Origin: a virus
Reading direction: 5' to 3' (one strand)
DNA: 43,226 bases
Virus record (IMG/VR): IMGVR_UViG_3300005467_000006
Coordinates: 1-43,226 of that record
Shown: one piece after another, positions 37,143-42,870 of the stretch
Numbering within the stretch: position 1 is the stretch's first letter
Layout: every line of letters starts with the position of its first letter
Position numbers and translations under genes: made by a program
Notes under the pieces: generated by a model
The model's input: only the letters and a program-made list of their open reading frames with translations
What the model was told of the DNA's origin: nothing
Database searches by the model: none

Positions 37143-38213
37143 CTACGATGCGCGTCGACCGCGGCCACCGCGTTCGGTCGCATCGGCCTGGCGGATCTGA
37201 GCGAGCTGCTCGGTGTAAACGCGCTGCAGGCGCGCGATCGCTTCCTTGCCGGAGATGTCGACGCGTGGCTTGCTGCGAGCGGCGAGCTCGTTGAGCGCTT
37301 TCTCCGTGCCGCACCGCGCGAGCTGCTCCACCAGGTCCTCGATCTCGTCGCCGCTGAGAGCGCGTGGTGGCGCGTACCCCTGGTCGACCTCGGACTCGAC
37401 GATCGTCTTGTTCGGCGTCGCCTTCACGCGCGACTGCGATTGACCGCCGTTGCCCTTTGCGGCCGCGCGTCGATCCGCTTCCTTCAGTGCCGCCGCTCCA
37501 CCGTCGATATGGTCGTCTCGCCGATCGGCGGGCGGGGGAAGATCCTCGAGATCCTGCGTCAGCAGGTCCGACGCGCCGACAGCGGTGAGCGTGCAGTCGA
37601 CTTGCGCGCGCTTCTTCGCCATCTTCAGCACCGTGTTGTAGGTGTCGGCCACATCCGGGTTCTCGACGCGCCCGGACTCCTGCGCCTCGATCTCCTTCGC
37701 ACCATCGGGCCACTTGTAACCGCAGCCGCCCTTACGCGTGAAGCAGACCCAACCGCCGCCATACTCTTCCTTGCCTTTGATGATGGCGGCCTTGCCGCAC
37801 TCGGGGCACTTCCGCTCGCCGCGGCGCCAGCGGTACTTGCTCTCCATCGTCGAGCACGCGCCGACGCCTTCGCCAACGACCGCACCGGTCGCGATGTGAT
37901 GGAGCGTGCAAACGATCTCGTACTCGCGATGACCGTTCGGCAGATCCGTGCGCGAGATCTTGAACGTAGGTGCCAAGCCGAACGTAGTCGCGAGGACTTC
38001 TGCCCCGGCCTTGAACAGCGACGGCTTGTCGCCACACCCAGGAATCGTCCCGTAGTGCTCGCCCTCCTTCATCACCGCTTCCATGACCTCGCCGATCTTC
38101 CGCTTGCGCTCGACGACGGCCTGGACGGACATGGAGCCGAGCTGCGCGAGCTCGCCGGCGACGGGGTTGACGGTGGCAAGTGCTTTGTTGTCGTTGTTCA
38201 CAGAGTTCTCCAC
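37143..38213 (-). CDS. Putative single-strand annealing / recombination protein (family uncertain) with an inserted CxxC...C.GC zinc ribbon
   Basis: The GEHYGTIPG...KPSLFKAGAEVL and NTVLKMAKKRAQVD motifs resemble phage SSAP-type proteins from memory. GTG start. Not verified. Confidence 0.4.
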   Translation of the reverse strand: MENSVNNDNKALATVNPVAGELAQLGSMSVQAVVERKRKIGEVMEAVMKEGEHYGTIPGCGDKPSLFKAGAEVLATTFGLAPTFKISRTDLPNGHREYEIVCTLHHIATGAVVGEGVGACSTMESKYRWRRGERKCPECGKAAIIKGKEEYGGGWVCFTRKGGCGYKWPDGAKEIEAQESGRVENPDVADTYNTVLKMAKKRAQVDCTLTAVGASDLLTQDLEDLPPPADRRDDHIDGGAAALKEADRRAAAKGNGGQSQSRVKATPNKTIVESEVDQGYAPPRALSGDEIEDLVEQLARCGTEKALNELAARSKPRVDISGKEAIARLQRVYTEQLAQIRQADATERGGRGRRAS

Positions 38214-38314
38214 AGGGTTCGGGAATAGGTGACGTCGCCGGCGAGCTCGCTACGGCGCGAGGCGGGGGGATCGGGGGCGCGCTATCGCGCGTCGCCGACG
38301 ACGTCGGAACGGAA

Positions 38315-38398
38315 TCACCGCGACCTCCGCTCGTAGTGGTGGATCACGAGCATCGAGAGCACGAGCAACGACACGAGCAGCCACTCACCCGCGTTCAC
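38315..38398 (-). CDS. Possible 27-aa single-TM peptide
   Basis: GTGA-coupled to the upstream small ORF. Manual translation VNAGEWLLVSLLVLSMLVIHHYERRSR. Confidence 0.35.
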   Translation of the reverse strand: MNAGEWLLVSLLVLSMLVIHHYERRSR

Positions 38399-38517
38399 GG
38401 GCGACCTCCGAAGCTGGCGATCAAAGCGGCGGCCGAGCGATTGAGCGCGTAGAGCAGCGCGGCCCGATGCTCGACGTCGTGCCGGCGAGCGCGCAGGTAG
38501 TAGGCGGCGAGACTCAT
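38395..38517 (-). CDS. Possible 40-aa ORF
   Basis: ATGA-coupled to the upstream gene (ATG 38517). Manual translation MSLAAYYLRARRHDVEHRAALLYALNRSAAALIASFGGRP. Confidence 0.35.
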   Translation of the reverse strand: MSLAAYYLRARRHDVEHRAALLYALNRSAAALIASFGGRP

Positions 38518-38720
38518 GTCGACCTCCGCGCGTTGAGGATCTCGGCGCAGCGGGCTCGAGCGGCCTGCGCCATCTCGCTGGTCACATCATCGCCGCGGCC
38601 AAGCCCGCGAAGCGCTCGCGCGCGGAGCTGGATCAGTTCGACGTTGCTCTCGCGCACGCGCGGATCGAATGCCGTGGCCTCGACGATCTGGTTGTCGGTG
38701 ATCGTGTCGGCGGTGATCAT
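38514..38720 (-). CDS. Hypothetical protein (68 aa)
   Basis: GGAGG RBS before ATG 38720, with ATGA coupling. Confidence 0.55.
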   Translation of the reverse strand: MITADTITDNQIVEATAFDPRVRESNVELIQLRARALRGLGRGDDVTSEMAQAARARCAEILNARRST

Positions 38721-38950
38721 CGCTGGCCTCCGTACGCGAGGGCGCCGGGCCCGACGTTGGCCTCCGACCGCGCCGTGCCCCACGCGTACCAAATCGCGCG
38801 CGAGTCGAGCTGCTCTGCCTCAGCCTTCACGAGATCGACGTCGGCCAATGCTGTTTCGTGGTCGACGTACGGACCGGCGACGAGCGCGCGGCGACCGCCG
38901 TCCTCACAGGACACGTAGTAGTAGCCAGGACGCGGATCCGGCGCGATCAT
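38717..38950 (-). CDS. Hypothetical protein (77 aa)
   Basis: ATGA coupling at 38950. Confidence 0.55.
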   Translation of the reverse strand: MIAPDPRPGYYYVSCEDGGRRALVAGPYVDHETALADVDLVKAEAEQLDSRAIWYAWGTARSEANVGPGALAYGGQR

Positions 38951-39162
38951 CGGCCCACCGTCCCCGCCGCGGCGCGCGCTGCTGCGACGAGCTGCTCGGC
39001 GACACGATCGAACGGTGCGACCGAGCCGGTCGGAATGCGACCCGCGTTGATCAGCGCGCGGATCGAGAGCCCGACGCCGAGCGCGTCGCCGATATCGACG
39101 GTGACGGTGATCGGTTCTGCGGCGGACACGAGTACGGGCGCCTGCACATTCCGGAGTGCCAT
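38947..39162 (-). CDS. Hypothetical protein (71 aa)
   Basis: ATG ORF with GC3 bias. Confidence 0.6.
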   Translation of the reverse strand: MALRNVQAPVLVSAAEPITVTVDIGDALGVGLSIRALINAGRIPTGSVAPFDRVAEQLVAAARAAAGTVGR

Positions 39163-39165
39163 GGT

Positions 39166-39231
39166 CTAGCGCCCCGTCCGATCGCTGTGCGATCCGGCGT
39201 GACCCGGCGGCAACGTGCACGCGCGCGGAGC
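39166..39231 (-). pseudogene. 3' remnant (21 codons + TAG) of the IS-interrupted first gene of the leftward early operon
   Basis: After conceptual removal of the IS plus one target-duplication copy, this segment is in frame with 40865..41014 and stops 3 nt before the next ATG. Confidence 0.5.
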
Positions 39232-39239
39232 GTTCGATC
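39232..39239. repeat. Target-site duplication, left copy (GTTCGATC)
   Basis: The identical 8-mer is at 40865..40872, immediately outside both inverted repeats. Confidence 0.8.
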
Positions 39240-39252
39240 CATGCTTATCCGC

Positions 39253-39281
39253 TTGACACCACCGGCACCCGTTGCTAGTGT
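39253..39281 (+). promoter_or_regulatory. Sigma70-like promoter inside IRL (TTGACA-17 nt-TAGTGT) followed by an AAGGAGA RBS
   Basis: Read directly. Drives 39307 onward. Confidence 0.5.
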
Positions 39282-39306
39282 ATAGGCACAAGGAGATATC
39301 AAGACC

Positions 39307-39579
39307 ATGAGCGAGTACATGTTTGGCGTGTCGCGTCAGAAGCCCACGCGTAAGGCCGCGAAAAAGATGGAGCAGATCGCCAAGCGGCACGGCGCCTATC
39401 TCGTCGAGGGCACCTTCCCGGGCGACGGCTACAAGCGCTGGTTTGCGGGCCCCAATCTCGGACACCCCTTCGATCGCGCGATGTCCAAGGCCGTCCACGA
39501 CGACCTCGTCAAGGCCGGTATCTATCTCGACACCGACAGCGATTACCCGCTGGCGCCTGCGCACATGGCCAAGCAATGA
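39307..39579 (+). CDS. IS passenger ORF 1, hypothetical (90 aa)
   Basis: AAGGAGA RBS, ATG start, strong GC3 bias. Confidence 0.7.
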   Translation: MSEYMFGVSRQKPTRKAAKKMEQIAKRHGAYLVEGTFPGDGYKRWFAGPNLGHPFDRAMSKAVHDDLVKAGIYLDTDSDYPLAPAHMAKQ

Positions 39580-39812
39580 GCGACGTGGTGAGCGGCGACT
39601 ACGCCTATCACGCTGGCCAGCGGGCCACGCGTCGAAAGCTCCATCGGCTGTTGGAGTCGAGCGGCGCGGGATGGTGGTGGTATGTCTCGGCCGATATCGT
39701 GCTCCGCGATGCGTGTGAGATCGCAAACGCGCTGAACGATCGTGACCTGTGGGTGTTGATCGATCGCGTGTACGCGAAGGGCGACCCGTGGCCCTGGCCC
39801 GAGGAGGACTGA
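39576..39812 (+). CDS. IS passenger ORF 2, hypothetical Trp-rich protein (78 aa)
   Basis: ATGA coupling at 39576. The stop lies 1 nt before the transposase GTG. Confidence 0.6.
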   Translation: MSDVVSGDYAYHAGQRATRRKLHRLLESSGAGWWWYVSADIVLRDACEIANALNDRDLWVLIDRVYAKGDPWPWPEED

Positions 39813-39813
39813 G

Positions 39814-40842
39814 GTGGAGGACTTCGCCGCCAAGTTTCCCGAATCGCTGCCAGAGTTTCAGCGGATGTTTCCCGACGATCTCGCGTGCGCTCGCTACCTG
39901 GAATCGGTGCGCTGGCGCGACGGATTCGAGTGCCCTCACTGCAAGACTACCGCCGCACCCATCCGCCCGTCGCGGATCTACGTCCTGCGCTGCAAGGGCT
40001 GCAAGCGTGACGTCTCGCTGATCGCTGGCACCGTCATGGAGCGCACTCACACACCGCTCTCCACGTGGTTTTGGGCGGCATACCTCGTCTGCTCGCTGAC
40101 ACCTGGCATGAGTGCCGTCCAGTTGCAGCGCCAGCTCGGTCTCAGCCGGTACGAGACCGCCTTTCAGATCCTGCACAAGCTCCGGTCCGCCATGGTCCGC
40201 ACGTCCGGCCCGATCGGCTTGCGTACGCACGTCGAAGTTGACGAGACCTACGTTGGCGGACGCACGCGCGGCAAGGGTCGCGGCGTCACCGATCAAGCGA
40301 TTGTGATTGGCGCAGTTGAAGTGAAACAAAGGAAAGTCGAGAAGATCGACAGCGAAGAGAACTATCGCCATAGCAAGAGCAAGCCACGGCGAGGCGGACG
40401 CTATGCGGGACGGCTTCGCCTTGCGGTGATTCTCGATCGCACAGCCAAGTCGTGCACTGGTTTCGTTTCCGCCAACGTCGATACCCTCACCGAGATGGTC
40501 GTCACTGACGCGCATCAGGGGTACGCCGGATTGGCGAAGCTCGGGTATCAGCATCTCGCGGTTGCCGAGCGCGGTGAGCCCGAAGTCGCCGAGGACTACC
40601 TGCCAATCATCCATCTCGTTTTCTCCAACCTGAAGTCGTGGCTCAACGGGACGCACCACGGGGTCTCTCCTGCGCATTTGCAGGCATACCTGAACGAGTT
40701 CGCGTTCCGATTCAATCGGCGCTTCTACCCCTTTAACTCGTTCCGCTCGCTCTTGGGTTTGAGCGTCGATACCGAGTCGCCTACCTACGCCGAATTGTAT
40801 GATGGTGATTGGGAGCATCCTGGCACTAGCGGTGTGTCGTAG
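39814..40842 (+). CDS. tnp: IS1595-family (ISXO2-like) DDE transposase
   Basis: N-terminal zinc ribbon CPHC...CKGC. VEVDETYVGG, VVTDAHQGY and YLNEFAFRFNRR motifs (D, D, E regions) typical of this family. Confidence 0.85.
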   Translation: MEDFAAKFPESLPEFQRMFPDDLACARYLESVRWRDGFECPHCKTTAAPIRPSRIYVLRCKGCKRDVSLIAGTVMERTHTPLSTWFWAAYLVCSLTPGMSAVQLQRQLGLSRYETAFQILHKLRSAMVRTSGPIGLRTHVEVDETYVGGRTRGKGRGVTDQAIVIGAVEVKQRKVEKIDSEENYRHSKSKPRRGGRYAGRLRLAVILDRTAKSCTGFVSANVDTLTEMVVTDAHQGYAGLAKLGYQHLAVAERGEPEVAEDYLPIIHLVFSNLKSWLNGTHHGVSPAHLQAYLNEFAFRFNRRFYPFNSFRSLLGLSVDTESPTYAELYDGDWEHPGTSGVS

Positions 40843-40864
40843 TGGTGTTAACCGGACAAGCATG

Positions 40865-40872
40865 GTTCGATC
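40865..40872. repeat. Target-site duplication, right copy (GTTCGATC)
   Basis: See the left copy. Confidence 0.8.
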
Positions 40873-41014
40873 CGCGGTACGCGAAGATCCGCCGGCAGCG
40901 TCGCGTGACCGATGGCATCTCCTCGAACGGCTGCGCGTCGAAGGTGCTGTGTCCGGCGCGGATGACCGCGCTGACGACGTCGAACTCGTCCCCACCTGAT
41001 TTCTCGTTCGCCAT
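40865..41014 (-). pseudogene. 5' part (50 codons) of the first gene downstream of the predicted PL, interrupted by the IS; as it stands the reading frame runs on into the IS to a TAG at 40826
   Basis: ATG 41014 lies immediately downstream of the operator/promoter block. GC3 bias. The frame crosses IRR. Confidence 0.5.
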
Positions 41015-41016
41015 AT

Positions 41017-41033
41017 GTTCGAGATACTCGAAC
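41017..41033. promoter_or_regulatory. Operator OL1: perfect 17-bp palindrome GTTCGAG-ATA-CTCGAAC
   Basis: Read directly. Same architecture as the sites at 41058 and 41764. Confidence 0.65.
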
Positions 41034-41050
41034 ACCCTGACAAACGTCAA
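41021..41050 (-). promoter_or_regulatory. Predicted leftward early promoter PL (TTGACG-18 nt-TATCTC), -10 ends 6 nt before ATG 41014
   Basis: Minus-strand reading TTGACGtttgtcagggtgttcgagTATCTCgaacatATG. OL1 overlaps the -10. Confidence 0.45.
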
Positions 41051-41054
41051 CGAC

Positions 41055-41249
41055 TCAGTTCGAATCTTTCGAACACGAGCCCGAGCGCACGACCGAATCC
41101 CATGCTTCGGCGCGGAGTTCTCGGTAGAGATCCCGGTCGCGGTTTGCGATCAGGCACATCAGTGCGACCCACTCCGCCTTCTCGGCGTTGCCATGCACTC
41201 GCTTGGTTGCGGGATAGACCAGGTCAGTCGCGGCTGCGTCGTTCTTCAC
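41055..41249 (-). CDS. Hypothetical 64-aa protein located between the cI-like gene and PL (lysogeny-expressed moron position)
   Basis: GTG start with an AGAGAGG RBS-like element. GC3 bias. Co-oriented with the cI-like gene. Confidence 0.5.
   Translation of the reverse strand: MKNDAAATDLVYPATKRVHGNAEKAEWVALMCLIANRDRDLYRELRAEAWDSVVRSGSCSKDSN
41058..41074. promoter_or_regulatory. Operator OL2: perfect-arm 17-bp palindrome GTTCGAA-TCT-TTCGAAC
   Basis: Read directly. Its centre is 41 bp from the OL1 centre, and it overlaps the last codons of the 41055..41249 ORF. Confidence 0.65.
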
Positions 41250-41344
41250 TCGGTATCGCCTCTCTTCGGCTACGCCGTAATGAAGTACTTATAGCAGCGC
41301 GATCTGACCCCTCGGGGAAGACGATCCGGAGTGGCGCGACGACG

Positions 41345-41707
41345 CTAGCGATTCGTTCCGGTCTTGCGCGCGGCTGCAACAATTTGCTGCTCGTAGATCG
41401 CGCGAGCTCGTTCGAGTAGGCGGCCGCGTTCGACGTCATCGAGTCGGTCCCAAATTCCGAACAGCTCGCTCGCGTCATTCGACAGGATCGGTGGAAGCGG
41501 CGGGTCCCAGCCAAGCGCCTTGTGGATCGACGGCAGACCGACGCACTCGTTCGTCTTGCCGTTCAGCAAGTCGCTGATCGTGGATCGGCCGACGCGAGAT
41601 TCGCGGGCGAGATCTGCTCGGTTCCACTTCTTCTCTACGAGACGCACCTCGACGCGATTTCTCCAATCGTCGTCAACCACATACGAGGTGCCCTTGTTAC
41701 GAGGCAT
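41345..41707 (-). CDS. XRE-family HTH repressor (cI-like)
   Basis: HTH WNRADLARESRVGRSTISDLLNGK. Divergent from a cro-like gene across an operator-containing 83-bp spacer. Confidence 0.8.
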   Translation of the reverse strand: MPRNKGTSYVVDDDWRNRVEVRLVEKKWNRADLARESRVGRSTISDLLNGKTNECVGLPSIHKALGWDPPLPPILSNDASELFGIWDRLDDVERGRLLERARAIYEQQIVAAARKTGTNR

Positions 41708-41718
41708 GCCTCATCCTG

Positions 41719-41746
41719 GTTCGAGATCTGTCCGCGTAGTTCGAAC
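41719..41746. promoter_or_regulatory. Operator half-sites in the cI/cro spacer (GTTCGAG at 41719; GTTCGAAC at 41739; possible degenerate 17-mer 41730-41746)
   Basis: Read directly. Arms match the operator consensus only on one side. Confidence 0.4.
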
Positions 41747-41753
41747 ACCCCAC

Positions 41754-41783
41754 TTGACGCCCAGTTCGAAATAATCGAACAGT
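41754..41783 (+). promoter_or_regulatory. Predicted rightward early promoter PR (TTGACG-18 nt-AACAGT), -10 ends 7 nt before GTG 41791
   Basis: Same -35 hexamer and spacer length as PL. OR lies in the spacer and overlaps the -10. Confidence 0.4.
41764..41780. promoter_or_regulatory. Operator OR: GTTCGAA-ATA-ATCGAAC (one arm mismatch)
   Basis: Read directly. Confidence 0.6.
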
Positions 41784-41790
41784 TGGCTTC

Positions 41791-41982
41791 GTGAGTCTCG
41801 CAAAAAATATCGTCCGAGCCCGGGAGAAGGCGGGGCTCTCACAGGCCCAGCTCGCCAAGAAGCTCGGGAAGTCACGATCTTCGGTCAACGAGTACGAGTC
41901 CGGCGAGCACGAACCGAAGCTCGACCTGCTCGTCAAGATCGCGAAGGTCACCGGCGTGACCGTCGAGGAGCTGGTGGCATGA
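41791..41982 (+). CDS. XRE-family HTH protein (cro-like)
   Basis: 63 aa. HTH LSQAQLAKKLGKSRSSVNEYESG. GTG start. Confidence 0.8.
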   Translation: MSLAKNIVRAREKAGLSQAQLAKKLGKSRSSVNEYESGEHEPKLDLLVKIAKVTGVTVEELVA

Positions 41983-41996
41983 GGTCGGGTGCGTCC

Positions 41997-42377
41997 CTAC
42001 TCGAACGCTCGGCACTGCGATCCGTCGCGTCCGTTGTTTCGCTCGAAGCTCGCACACGATGCGGGATTCGCGAAGCAGGTCGCAGCGCAGATCGAAGTCT
42101 GTTGAAACGCGCATGCGTCGTAACCATCGCCGGGCGGCATGCCGGCGCTGAAACGGCCGCGCCCAGCCTCGCACTCGCCGGGCTCGCGGAAGCAAACGCC
42201 GTAGCCAGCGCGACTCGTACACCACCAACCTCGCGGCTTCGGCGGAGCTTCTGCCTGGCCCGTCTTGCAGTTCGTCACGGCCGTTCCGTAAACGTTCGAC
42301 GTCGTGCACTGCGTCTCGCCCGGCTCGAGCGGACGTGCACACGCCGCGAGCGCCGCGGCGATGACCAATCGCTTCAT
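41997..42377 (-). CDS. Cys-rich lipoprotein (second opposite-strand moron)
   Basis: Signal peptide MKRLVIAAALAAC with a lipobox, and about 10 further Cys. Confidence 0.7.
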   Translation of the reverse strand: MKRLVIAAALAACARPLEPGETQCTTSNVYGTAVTNCKTGQAEAPPKPRGWWCTSRAGYGVCFREPGECEAGRGRFSAGMPPGDGYDACAFQQTSICAATCFANPASCASFERNNGRDGSQCRAFE

Positions 42378-42464
42378 CAGCCGAGCCTACCCGACTAAGG
42401 GCCTGCACAGGGACGCGGCGCTCGCTCACCTCCTCGGTACGTCCATTCCTAAAAGAGCGCCGCT

Positions 42465-42491
42465 GCTGGTTCGACTCCAGCCGGGTCCACC
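42465..42491 (+). other. tRNA 3'-end-like fragment (T arm GCTGG-TTCGACT-CCAGC, acceptor 3' strand CGGGTCC, discriminator A, CC)
   Basis: Read directly. No D arm or anticodon arm can be folded upstream, so it is not a complete tRNA. Confidence 0.6.
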
Positions 42492-42531
42492 GACGAAGAA
42501 ACAACAAACACCGAGACGAAAGACGAATCAC

Positions 42532-42866
42532 GTGAAGAAAGAGAACGAGACCAACTCCGACAAGAAGACGAGCGAGCGCAACGGACGCCCGGTCGTCGTC
42601 ACCACCGAGCATCGCGGCGTGTTCTTCGGCTACGCGACGCCCACTGAGCTCGCGCGCACCGACAAACAGATCGCGCTGACGAACGCACGCAACTGCCTCT
42701 ACTGGTCGGCCGCAATGCAAGGCTTCATCGGCCTCGCGAACATCGGGCCCGACAAGGACTGCAAGATCGGACCGGTCGCGCACGAGCTCACGCTTTTCGA
42801 TGTAACCAGCATCGTCGCCTGCACGCCCGGCGCGGCCGACAAGTGGGAGAGCGCTGGCTTCGGCCG

Positions 42867-42870
<4 letters not shown>
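42532..42870 (+). CDS. Hypothetical early protein (112 aa)
   Basis: GTG start inferred. A conserved-looking core VVVTTEHRGVFFGY...ARNCLYWS...GFIGLA...GP recalls a phage-associated DUF, unverified. Confidence 0.55.

Larger units (their letters stand above)
39240..40864 (+). mobile_element. IS1595-family insertion sequence, 1625 bp, with two passenger ORFs upstream of the transposase
   Basis: IRL CATGCTTATCCGCTTGACACCAC (39240-39262) versus the reverse complement of 40842-40864, CATGCTTGTCCGGTTAACACCAC: 20/23 identical. 8-bp direct repeats flank it, the size expected for this family. Confidence 0.85.

Noticed and set aside
41058-41074. GTTCGAATC resembling a tRNA T-loop; likewise GGTTCGATCC at 39231 and 40864.
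   Set aside because: Flanking bases do not form T stems. The first is a 17-bp palindromic operator, and the other two are the IS target-site duplication.
40842-41294. 150-aa plus-strand ORF downstream of the transposase.
   Set aside because: It has Ser/Arg/Cys-rich low-complexity translation and no RBS. It overlaps the minus-strand ORFs and the promoter/operator block, which give a coherent interpretation.
42411-42489. A complete 79-nt tRNA using GGACGCG as the 5' acceptor strand.
   Set aside because: The acceptor pairs at 6/7 and the T arm is canonical. No D arm or anticodon stem can be drawn from 42418-42464, so it is reported only as a 3'-end-like fragment.
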